Source: Candidatus Multivoradales bacterium
GTDB taxonomy: Bacteria; Acidobacteriota; Thermoanaerobaculia; Multivoradales; J023
Length of the DNA stretch: 64,000 bases
Assembly: GCA_965248925.1 (NCBI GenBank)
Contig: CBDFLE010000006.1
Coordinates: 1,504,001 to 1,568,000 of the forward strand
Direction: 5' to 3'
A model generated the notes under the pieces. That model ran no database searches, was not told the origin of the DNA, and saw only the letters and a program-made list of their open reading frames with translations. The translations under genes and the position numbers were made by a program. Below, in pieces: positions 13,285 through 21,296 of the stretch (positions are counted from its first letter, which is position 1; every line of letters starts with the position of its first letter).

Positions 13285-13974
13285 TCAGAATCTACCGCGG
13301 CGCTGCAAGCGACGGCGCTTGGCTTCTATCGGGTCGAGGATCTTCTGACCAGTGTAGAGAACCGTCAGATCGCCCAAATCTACAAATCGGTAGCGGTGGT
13401 CCGGATGCTGACCATCGAGCCCCGGCGCGGCGTCTTTCGAGTAGTTGAAGACTTCGAGTGGCGGTAGATCGATCTTGTCCAACGTCTCGTAGGTGATCTC
13501 CTCCGGCTCGCCATAGATCACGAACACCGTGCCGCGATCGGTACGGCTGCCAGGGTAGGCCTCTTGAGTAAATCGTTTGTCGGCCTCGACCACCCGTGCG
13601 GCGTAGATCTGTCGGGGAGTCTTCTTGAAGACCTCGGTGCCCTTGTTGCGCTGAGCCCAGAAATCCTCGATGAAGGCGTCCGCTTGCTCATCGTCGGTCA
13701 GCGCTAGGTAGGCTGCGATCTCGTTCTCTGAAGCGATTCGCACCACCGGACCCACCAGCCAATGGGAGTAGTCGACACCGAGCAGAGGGTTGAACAACTC
13801 CTCCGCGGTGGGCGGCCGTTTGCGCTTCTTGCCCCGTTTGGCCTCGACCGGCACGGCCACCCAAGTGATCACCAGCACAGCGACCAACAGAGCGGCCAGC
13901 CAGCTACCGTGTTGCTGGCCCGGCGCTCGCCGCCAGCCTCTAATTGCGACGCAGGAGATCGAGAAATTCTTCAC
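13285..13974 (-). CDS. GWxTD domain-containing exported protein
   Basis: FIEDFWAQR, R...ADKRF and PGSRTDRGTVFVIYGEP match the GWxTD pattern (W replaced by S); hydrophobic signal segment. Start uncertain. Confidence 0.8.
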   Translation of the reverse strand: MKNFSISCVAIRGWRRAPGQQHGSWLAALLVAVLVITWVAVPVEAKRGKKRKRPPTAEELFNPLLGVDYSHWLVGPVVRIASENEIAAYLALTDDEQADAFIEDFWAQRNKGTEVFKKTPRQIYAARVVEADKRFTQEAYPGSRTDRGTVFVIYGEPEEITYETLDKIDLPPLEVFNYSKDAAPGLDGQHPDHRYRFVDLGDLTVLYTGQKILDPIEAKRRRLQRRGRF

Positions 13975-14566
13975 GGATCGGACGCTCGTGGAAAATGCCG
14001 CGGATCGCCGAGGTGACAGTCACACAGCCGGGTTTCTTGACTCCCCGCATCTCGACGCACAGATGCCGCGCCTCGATCACCACCATCACCCCCAGCGGGG
14101 CGAGCTTTTCGTCGAGGAAGTTGGCCACCTGCTCGGTCAGGCGCTCTTGCAGCTGCGGTCGCTTGGCGTAGAACTCCAACGTCCGCGGCAGCTTCGACAG
14201 GCCGATGATGGAATCGGTGGGCACATAGGCGATGTGGGCATGGCCGTAGAACGGCACCAGATGGTGAGAACACATGGAATAGAAAGGAATCTCCTTTTCC
14301 ATCACCATGCCACTATATCCCTCGTCATTGGGAAAGCAGGTCACCTTGGGTTGGCTGCCTTCCTGCAGACCACTGAACATTTCAGCATAGAGCTTGGCCA
14401 CGCGGATATCGGTCTCGGCGAGATTGGGATCGTTGAGATCGAGACCAAGTTCGGTCAAGATCCCGCGCACGTGGTCGGCGATTCGCTCCAGCCGCTGCTG
14501 CTCCGCCGGCTCTAGCCCGGCCAGACGCTCAGGGTTGATCTGCCGGGTGGGGTTAGCATCAATCAT
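13940..14566 (-). CDS. folE: GTP cyclohydrolase I
   Basis: SMCSHHLVPFYG, GLSKLPR, RPQLQERLT and HLCVEMRGV motifs. Confidence 0.95.
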   Translation of the reverse strand: MIDANPTRQINPERLAGLEPAEQQRLERIADHVRGILTELGLDLNDPNLAETDIRVAKLYAEMFSGLQEGSQPKVTCFPNDEGYSGMVMEKEIPFYSMCSHHLVPFYGHAHIAYVPTDSIIGLSKLPRTLEFYAKRPQLQERLTEQVANFLDEKLAPLGVMVVIEARHLCVEMRGVKKPGCVTVTSAIRGIFHERPIREEFLDLLRRN

Positions 14567-14674
14567 CGTAGATCAGTGTCTCCATCGGTCGATCTTATCC
14601 TACAATGGTGGCTCTCGATTCGGCGGACAGCGAGTCCGCGCCGATGCCCGACGACCAACTACAGGGGACCCCCG

Positions 14675-14905
14675 ATGGCCGACCTGCGGATCAAATACTG
14701 CGTCGTTTGAAACTACCGCCCCCGTGCCGCCGGTCTGGCGGCCGAAATCAAAGAAGGTTTTGGCTTGGAGACCAAGTTAGAGAAGGGACTCAGCGGAGCC
14801 TTCGAAGTCACTTTCCGTGACCAGCTGATCTTCTCCAAGAAAGCCCTGGGGCGCTTCCCCAAGGACGGCGAAGTGGCGACTGAAATCGCCAATCGGCTGG
14901 CCTGA
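14675..14905 (+). CDS. Rdx (SelT/SelW/SelH) family selenoprotein, 76 aa, in-frame UGA at 14708-14710
   Basis: Manual translation MADLRIKYCVV(U)NYRPRAAGLAAEIKEGFGLETKLEKGLSGAFEVTFRDQLIFSKKALGRFPKDGEVATEIANRLA: CxxU plus GAFEV, LIFSK and GRFP Rdx motifs; AGGGG RBS; SECIS-like hairpin downstream of the UGA. Confidence 0.9.
14723..14744 (+). promoter_or_regulatory. Putative bacterial SECIS hairpin
   Basis: GCCGCC(14726-31)/GGCGGC(14737-42) stem closing loop GGTCT, extendable past a bulged T. The loop starts with G, 21 nt after the UGA. Confidence 0.75.
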
Positions 14906-14924
14906 AGCGACCGGCTAAGCGGCG

Positions 14925-15425
14925 TCAGCTCAGCGGCGCGCGAAACGAGCAACTCTGGCCGGCGGTCTCGCCAACGTTGACCGTCAGCACCTCGACTTGG
15001 CTGCCGACCAGCACTTCGGCGAGTTCGCGCCAGAGCATCTGCGCCAACAGCTCGATCGAGGTGTTGGCCAGCTTCAAGGTGAGAACATCTTCAGCGGGGA
15101 GCAGATAGCGGCGCTGGCAGTAAAGGACCTCGACGCCGTCGCCGACCTTGGAAACCCGTAAATGCGGGCTCTCGGTGGGAATCAGAGTCAGGCTGTCGAG
15201 GCGCTCACAAGCGGCGCGGATACGTTTTTTGACCACCACCAGATCCGCCAACAAGCCAAACGCATCCAGTTCACGGCCTTCAAGATCGGCGGTGACTTGG
15301 TAATTGTGCCCATGCAGAGTCTCGGCATCCTGCTCCCCGAAGAGGGTGAAGTGGGCGCAGGAGAACTTGAAATCTTCTTTGGCCAAATGCAGAGTGAAGC
15401 GGCTCTCTTTGGTCAACTTACCCAT
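14925..15425 (-). CDS. queD: 6-carboxytetrahydropterin synthase / PTPS family
   Basis: MGKLTKE...FKFSCAHF...LHGHNY, NTSIELLA and GETAGQ motifs. Start ATG 15425 overlaps the stop of the upstream methyltransferase; the ORF track's 5' extension is spurious. Confidence 0.8.
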   Translation of the reverse strand: MGKLTKESRFTLHLAKEDFKFSCAHFTLFGEQDAETLHGHNYQVTADLEGRELDAFGLLADLVVVKKRIRAACERLDSLTLIPTESPHLRVSKVGDGVEVLYCQRRYLLPAEDVLTLKLANTSIELLAQMLWRELAEVLVGSQVEVLTVNVGETAGQSCSFRAPLS

Positions 15426-16728
15426 GCTCAACCTCGGCGGCGACCGCGTCGGTCTTGTGAGCCAGCCCGAGCGAGGCCCCGGCGCTGGACTTGGCCACCA
15501 GCTGAGCGACCACTTCCATGTGTCCGGTTTGCGGGAATAGATCAAGCAACACCAGGCTGCGCAGCTCATACGTCTTGACCAGCCGCTTGAGATCGCGAGC
15601 CAGGGTGGCGGCATTGCAAGAGACGTAGGTCAAGCGTTCAGGACGACGAATGGTGAGCAAGCTGACCACCCGCGAACTAAGGCCGGCTCGAGGCGGATCG
15701 ACCAGCACCCGGCTGGCGCCCTGCGGCAACTGTTCGATCCAAGAGTCGACCGATTGCCCGATCACCTCGATTGCCGCGTCCGGCCGCTGTTTGGCGTTGG
15801 CTCGTGCGTAGCGGGTGGCGATCCGGTCGCTCTCGACCGCGGTCACCCGCGAATAGCGGTGAGCCAGCGGCAGGCTGAACAAACCCACTCCGGCATAGAG
15901 GTCGAAGGCAAACTCGCCACTCCATGGGCCAATGGCCCGGTCGACCAGCTCGGCGGAGAGCTGCAGATGACCCTGGAAGAAACAGCGAGCATCGAGCTGG
16001 TATTGGAACTCCCCCACGGTGATCCTCAAGCGCCCGCCGGGCAATCCGGCAATCGGCGGCGCGACGGCGATCTGCTGCTCATCGCCGAGCAGCAGATCGA
16101 TACGTCGGGGGCCACCGCTCTGCAACAAGGTCGGCAGCTTGGGCAACAACTCTTCGAGCGGCGCGGCCAGCACCGGACAGCTGTCGACCGCCACCAACTG
16201 ATGACTACGACGGCCGAAATAGCCGGTCTGGAAACCGCGTTCAGGGCTCTCGGCTATCTGAAGCTGGGTCCGACGACGGTAGCCCCAAGCGGGCCCGGCC
16301 AACACCTCGACCTCGGGCGGGGCGCCAATGCCGCCGATGCGCCGCAAGGCTTCGCGCACCGCCGCCACCTTGTACTTTAGCTGCGTCGCTTCTTCCAGAT
16401 GCTGAAAATCACAACCGCCACAGCGCTCGAAATGGGGACAAGGCGGCTGCCGGCGACCCGCGCCAGGAGTGAGGATCTCGACGATCTCCGCACGGCCAAA
16501 ATCGGCTCGGCGTTCGACCAGTTCGACCGTCAAGCGGTCGCCCGGAGCCGAGCGCGGAACGAAGATGGGAATACCCTCAAAACGACCCAGCCCCTCGCCA
16601 CCAGCGACTATTTGGTCGATGGTCAGCTCGAGCTGGTCTAGATCCGCCAATCGTTCCCGAGCCCGTCGCCGACGCGGCCGGCCCGCTCGCGGCCCACTCG
16701 AGCGCGGCTCTCTGTAGTCAGTCGACAT
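15418..16728 (-). CDS. rlmD: 23S rRNA m5U methyltransferase (RlmD/TrmA family, TRAM domain)
   Basis: CPHFERCGGCDFQH Fe-S motif, FFQ, DLYAGVGLF, VDPPRAG, YVSCNAATLARD and DLFPQTGHME motifs. Confidence 0.88.
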   Translation of the reverse strand: MSTDYREPRSSGPRAGRPRRRRARERLADLDQLELTIDQIVAGGEGLGRFEGIPIFVPRSAPGDRLTVELVERRADFGRAEIVEILTPGAGRRQPPCPHFERCGGCDFQHLEEATQLKYKVAAVREALRRIGGIGAPPEVEVLAGPAWGYRRRTQLQIAESPERGFQTGYFGRRSHQLVAVDSCPVLAAPLEELLPKLPTLLQSGGPRRIDLLLGDEQQIAVAPPIAGLPGGRLRITVGEFQYQLDARCFFQGHLQLSAELVDRAIGPWSGEFAFDLYAGVGLFSLPLAHRYSRVTAVESDRIATRYARANAKQRPDAAIEVIGQSVDSWIEQLPQGASRVLVDPPRAGLSSRVVSLLTIRRPERLTYVSCNAATLARDLKRLVKTYELRSLVLLDLFPQTGHMEVVAQLVAKSSAGASLGLAHKTDAVAAEVEHG

Positions 16729-16764
16729 TGCACTCAGTCGCCTAGAGACCCCACACCGTGCCGC

Positions 16765-17829
16765 CTAGATCTCGCGATAAACGAAACGGCGAATGGGGTC
16801 GAGTCGACGGCTGACGCTCTGCCAATCAGGGTCGATCCGCCACAAAGCCGCGGCCACCGACGAAAGCAGAGAATTACCGTCCTGGGGAGTAAAACAGAAG
16901 CCATGCAGATCGCGCCCGTGACGCAGCGACAGAGTCGGCAGCACCACCACCACCTGCGACAGGATGCGGCCATAGTAGCCATGGTCGCGGCCGAAGCTAA
17001 AGATCAGGTTGGCCTCCCGCTTGTCGGTCACCGCCACCAAGTGGTTGGCCCGCAAGCGCCGCGTCACCTCCTCGAGGGTGAAGTCACGCGACAACTTGAG
17101 GTTGAACCACAGCGAGTGCATGTATTGAGTGTTGAGCTTGACCGCGCTCGAGAACAAATCAAGATCCTTACCCAGGGTCTGGAACAGAGAGTGGGCATCG
17201 CGCGCGTGGTGGGTGCCAAACTCGGGGTCATCGTGCTTGCCGACGCTGGGCGCGGGAATAAAGCTGCCCACCTGGGTGATGTCGTTGGCGCGCCGCATAC
17301 AAACGAAGGAAGCCTGCTCCAGAGACAAGCTGCCATCGTCTTCCCCCGCCACCGTGTTGATGGTCGAGGTGATGCTGTGGGTGTTGCAGGAGACGATCTG
17401 CAAGAAACGGTCTTCGGCAGTATCCAAGGCACCGTCGTTGACGCCGCGGGCGTAGGGTTTGCCGAAACCAAACTCACTGCCTTGAGCGAGGAAACCCCGA
17501 GGCCCTTCGAGGGCGTTGTAGAAAGTCTCCTTGTTCTCGTTGCCCGCTGGCGTGCAGTCGATGATCACGGTGGCCCGTTCGAGCGCTTCTTGGGCCCCAT
17601 AGGTGACCTCATGCCCCATCGACTCGAACTCGTCGCGGCGCTCGCGATCGGTGGCCAGCTTGGCACCGCGGGCCATCAGATGGTTGATCTTGGCGCGATC
17701 GCTAATCAGCGGAGTGCGCTTGTGAAAGGTCACCTCGTCAATGCCGAGGCCCTTCTTGAAATCGGTGAATAGGCCGATCAGCGGCTCGCCGATCGTACCG
17801 GTACCTACGATATGAACGATGGTCTTCAT
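16765..17829 (-). CDS. GAPDH-like oxidoreductase related to archaeal (class II) GAPDH
   Basis: Rossmann IVGTGTIG, IIDCTPAG, QGSE, QIVSCNTH, RRAND and GTHHARDA resemble class II GAPDH motifs; GAGG RBS before ATG 17829. Confidence 0.7.
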   Translation of the reverse strand: MKTIVHIVGTGTIGEPLIGLFTDFKKGLGIDEVTFHKRTPLISDRAKINHLMARGAKLATDRERRDEFESMGHEVTYGAQEALERATVIIDCTPAGNENKETFYNALEGPRGFLAQGSEFGFGKPYARGVNDGALDTAEDRFLQIVSCNTHSITSTINTVAGEDDGSLSLEQASFVCMRRANDITQVGSFIPAPSVGKHDDPEFGTHHARDAHSLFQTLGKDLDLFSSAVKLNTQYMHSLWFNLKLSRDFTLEEVTRRLRANHLVAVTDKREANLIFSFGRDHGYYGRILSQVVVVLPTLSLRHGRDLHGFCFTPQDGNSLLSSVAAALWRIDPDWQSVSRRLDPIRRFVYREI

Positions 17830-18029
17830 CACGGTCCTCACTCGGCCGCAGGTTGGCCGCCAGGGGCATCGGACAAGCAGTCCTGGCGGTGGTCGCTGCC
17901 GGGGTCGGCAGCAGGCTGATTTTCACTGCGAAGTCCGTTTTTTGCGGCATCCCGGACGGCGCGAGACTAGCACACCGGAGCTACCAGCGCGCCACTGCGG
18001 AAGTTCATCGATCGCTTCTGCCGCAGCCT

Positions 18030-18311
18030 TCAATGCCCTGATCCGGCATGCCGCTCGCCGCCCCGCCAATTCTTATCGCGGCGCGCATACTCGTCGAGAT
18101 CAGCGGGCACCTCGAGGTGGGTGCGGGTGACTTCGCGGTCGCAAGTCTCGTTGTCGCACTCGTACGTGTAAGTATTCCAGCCGTCACCCCGGGGCTGGAA
18201 ATGGCTCAGTGTCTGGTAGGTATCGCAGTGGCCGCATTTGACCGAGAGATTGCGGATGTTGATCTGACTATGCCCACTCGTGTCGAGCGGCGGCTTTTCG
18301 ACTTCATTCAT
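18030..18311 (-). CDS. Small hypothetical protein, probable zinc ribbon
   Basis: GGGAGA RBS before ATG 18311; CGHC...CDNETC. Confidence 0.65.
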   Translation of the reverse strand: MNEVEKPPLDTSGHSQINIRNLSVKCGHCDTYQTLSHFQPRGDGWNTYTYECDNETCDREVTRTHLEVPADLDEYARRDKNWRGGERHAGSGH

Positions 18312-18551
18312 ATATCTCCCAGCGGTGCCCTCGGCATCCGTCGAGTCCAGAGTCCGTTTGTTGCGAGCTGTCATCCCGATCTAGATCGTCCTGGAATAGA
18401 ATCCGAGCTGGGATCTTAGAAACTCTCAGCACCAGAGTCCAATGGCCCAAGCCCAGGCAAAAAGGGCAGGAGCGGACCATCTAGCGAACTAGACCTAGAG
18501 CTGTATTGATATTATTCTCTAAGAGGGTTGCAGCCCGACCCGGAGACGACG

Positions 18552-19754
18552 ATGAGAAATGCCCATGAACCACCCGGCTACCTACCGCCCGCGCCCGTGC
18601 CGCGGCGGCCCACCGTGCTGCTGCGCGGCCTGCTGGTGCTGATCTACCTGCTCGTTTGCCAGCAGTCGTTGATTGCCGACAGCGCGATCGACGACCGTGC
18701 CGTTGACGACCGTGCCAGCGAAGACCGTGCCAGCAAAGACAGCGCAGCCAATCTACCTAGCTTGAGCTTCTCCGACGAAGCCTCGGTCGCCTGGGTGTTG
18801 GTGCCGGTCACGGTGCGCAATCAGCGCGGCGATTTGGTCGAGGATCTTGAAATCAGTGATTTCCGGCTGCTGCTCGACGAGCGGGAAATCCTGATCGAGA
18901 GCTTCGATCACGGCGGCGATCAAGCAGTCAGCCTAATCCACTTGCAAGACTTGTCGGGCAGCATGGCCAACGGTACCAAGTTGGCGGTTAGCCGTCAGAC
19001 ACTGCGCTTCTTCCTCGATCGGGCCACCGCTGGCGACGAATTCGCCCTCGCTACTTTCGCCGCCGGCCGCACCCGAGTCGCAGTACCCTTTACCGACCAG
19101 GTAAGTCTGCTGCGGCAGCAAATGGACCAGTGGAACGGCTGGGGAACCACCGCTCTGCACGACGCCGTCGCCTGGTTACCAGACATCAAGACCGCCGGCC
19201 GCAACCCCAAGCGTGGCGCCCTGCTGCTAACCGATGGCGCCGACAACGCGAGCCAGCTCGCGCCGGCCTTTGCTCGCCGGGTGGTGCGCCAAGCCGAGCT
19301 GCCGATCTACGTGCTCGACCTGAGCGGCGGTCCACGGCCCGGCGAATCCCGCGCCAACCGCGAACTGCTGCGGCGCCTGGCCGCCACCAGCGGCGGTCGC
19401 TACTTCTCCATCAACACCAGCACAATCGACCCCGACGCCACCACCACCGAGGCCTCGACAGCAGCCGGCTGGCTGGCAGCCTGCCAAGCCATAGCCGAAG
19501 AATTGCGCTACCAGTATGTGCTCGGTTTTCAAACCCGCGCCGACGGCGGCACCGCCTACCACCCGCTGCAAGTGCAGGTGAAGCGCTCACGACTCGCCGT
19601 ACAACACCGCCAGGGATACCGCGGTTCGTTGCCCGGTACGCTGCGCCCGGCTCGGCTCGGCCGACGAACCTCAAGTCACCAAAGCCCGCCACGGACGCCG
19701 CTTTTGATGTCCGCGCTCGGCGACATTTTCCCGGTCCGCAACCCCACCCCATAG
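18552..19754 (+). CDS. VWA domain protein (acidobacterial VWFA-related type)
   Basis: VLVPVTVRNQRG..VEDL...DF, MIDAS DLSGS, TALHDA, LTDGADN and ELRYQYVLGF motifs. Confidence 0.85.
   Translation: MRNAHEPPGYLPPAPVPRRPTVLLRGLLVLIYLLVCQQSLIADSAIDDRAVDDRASEDRASKDSAANLPSLSFSDEASVAWVLVPVTVRNQRGDLVEDLEISDFRLLLDEREILIESFDHGGDQAVSLIHLQDLSGSMANGTKLAVSRQTLRFFLDRATAGDEFALATFAAGRTRVAVPFTDQVSLLRQQMDQWNGWGTTALHDAVAWLPDIKTAGRNPKRGALLLTDGADNASQLAPAFARRVVRQAELPIYVLDLSGGPRPGESRANRELLRRLAATSGGRYFSINTSTIDPDATTTEASTAAGWLAACQAIAEELRYQYVLGFQTRADGGTAYHPLQVQVKRSRLAVQHRQGYRGSLPGTLRPARLGRRTSSHQSPPRTPLLMSALGDIFPVRNPTP
18690..18749 (+). repeat. 15-bp in-frame tandem repeat (4 imperfect copies) in the VWA protein linker
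   Basis: gacgaccgtgccgtt / gacgaccgtgccagc / gaagaccgtgccagc / aaagacagcgcagcc, encoding DDRAV DDRAS EDRAS KDSAA. Confidence 0.8.
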
Positions 19755-19763
19755 AGGAGCCTG

Positions 19764-20399
19764 TTGATGAACAAGTTGATGAACAAGCTGTCATTGCTGT
19801 CACTCGTCCTGCTGTTGCTGACCTCGGCCGGCTGCGCCAAGCGCGGCTGGGTCAGAGCTGAGGTCGCCCAGGTGCACCACCGAGTGGATGACGTCGAAGG
19901 TCAAATCGAAACCAACCAAGGCCGCATCAGCGCCCAAGAAGCCGCTCTCACCGAGGTCTCCAACGATGTCGAAGAGCTATCCTTGACCGCCCGCGAAGCC
20001 CTCGAGCGGGCCCTCGATGCCGGCAAGCTGGCCCAGGGCAAACTGCTCTATGAGGCAGTGCTGTCAAACGACAAAGTGCGCTTTGATTTCAACCAAGTCG
20101 ACCTCGGTCCGGAGGCCGCGGTGGCCCTAGATGCTTTCGCCGAGACCCTCAAAGGCTACGAGTCGCAGATTTACATCGAGATCCAAGGGCACACTTGCTC
20201 GGTCGGAGCTGCAGATCTCAATTTGCAACTCGGCCAGTCGCGCGCCGAAGCGGTGCGCCGCTACCTCAGCAGCCAGCACAACCTACCCCTGCACCGCATG
20301 TCGGTAATCTCCTACGGCGAAGCGGCGCCGATTGCCGACAACGACTCGACCGACGGCCGGATGCGCAACCGGCGGGTCAACTTGGTAGTGCTGCAATAG
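19764..20399 (+). CDS. OmpA-family lipoprotein
   Basis: Lipobox TSAGC, coiled coil, then FDFN, IQGHTC, NLQLGQSRAEAV, SYGE..P and NRRV. A 12-bp duplication at the start gives MNKLMNKL. Confidence 0.88.
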   Translation: MMNKLMNKLSLLSLVLLLLTSAGCAKRGWVRAEVAQVHHRVDDVEGQIETNQGRISAQEAALTEVSNDVEELSLTAREALERALDAGKLAQGKLLYEAVLSNDKVRFDFNQVDLGPEAAVALDAFAETLKGYESQIYIEIQGHTCSVGAADLNLQLGQSRAEAVRRYLSSQHNLPLHRMSVISYGEAAPIADNDSTDGRMRNRRVNLVVLQ

Positions 20400-20457
20400 C
20401 CCTCGGCAGCCTCCGTCCGCGGTCCGCCCGCGATCGTCCGCGTGCTAGCATGCGGCC

Positions 20458-21267
20458 ATGCAGGTACCTGTGCCGAAGAAGGCTCCAGCAGCCGTTGAGC
20501 CCCCACCGGGGATCTGCCAGCAATGTGGCGGGACCGGTTGGAAAATAGTTGCAGATGGCGGCAACGGTACTGCTGTCGCTTGCGATTGCAGCAAGAGTCG
20601 GCGCGGGGTCGACCTCTTAGCTTTGGCGCAGATTCCCCAGCGTTACCAGCATTGCCGGCTGCGCAATTTCAAGACCGACTACTCGGAGTCGCAGCAGGCC
20701 AGCAGTCTGACACGGGCCCGAGAGGCGAGCGAACTCTACGTCCGCGACTTCGTCCCCGACGGCCGCGGTAGTACCACCGGAGGGTTAATCTACGTCGGCC
20801 CACCGGGAGTGGGCAAGACCCATCTGGCGGCCGCCGTGCTGCGCGAATTGGTGGAGCGCTACCGCGTGCGCGGCCGGTTCGCCGAGTTCACCGACCTGCT
20901 GCACCAGATCCAGGCGACCTTCAACAATTCTTCCCGGCGCACCCGCGAAGAGATCATGCGACCGGTGATCGACGCCGAGATTTTGGTGCTCGACGAGCTG
21001 GGCGCGCAGAAGCCCAGCCAGTGGGTGATGGATGTCCTCTACCTGATCATCAACACCCGCTACACCCGCAAGCTGCCGACCCTCTTCACCTCCAACTTCG
21101 ACCTACCTAGTACAGCTACCCACCAGCGCGACGGTAGCGCCAATCTCGACACCCGGATATCTGCCCTATTAGTCAGCCGGATTTTCGAGATGGCGCGCAA
21201 GGTCAAGGTGAGCGGCCTGGACTTCCGGCGCGAGGTCAAGCACTTTCAGAACTTGCCCGGCAAATGA
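20458..21267 (+). CDS. DnaC/IstB-like AAA+ ATPase with N-terminal Cys motif
   Basis: CQQCGGTG...CDC, GPPGVGKTHL, LVLDELG, IINTRY, FTSN and SRIFEM motifs. Confidence 0.85.
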   Translation: MQVPVPKKAPAAVEPPPGICQQCGGTGWKIVADGGNGTAVACDCSKSRRGVDLLALAQIPQRYQHCRLRNFKTDYSESQQASSLTRAREASELYVRDFVPDGRGSTTGGLIYVGPPGVGKTHLAAAVLRELVERYRVRGRFAEFTDLLHQIQATFNNSSRRTREEIMRPVIDAEILVLDELGAQKPSQWVMDVLYLIINTRYTRKLPTLFTSNFDLPSTATHQRDGSANLDTRISALLVSRIFEMARKVKVSGLDFRREVKHFQNLPGK

Positions 21268-21296
21268 GCGGCCGGCGCTAGTAAGCAGAAACCGCC

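Noticed and set aside
20458-21267. IS21 element
   Set aside because: IstB-like ATPase only; no IstA and no terminal inverted repeats seen.
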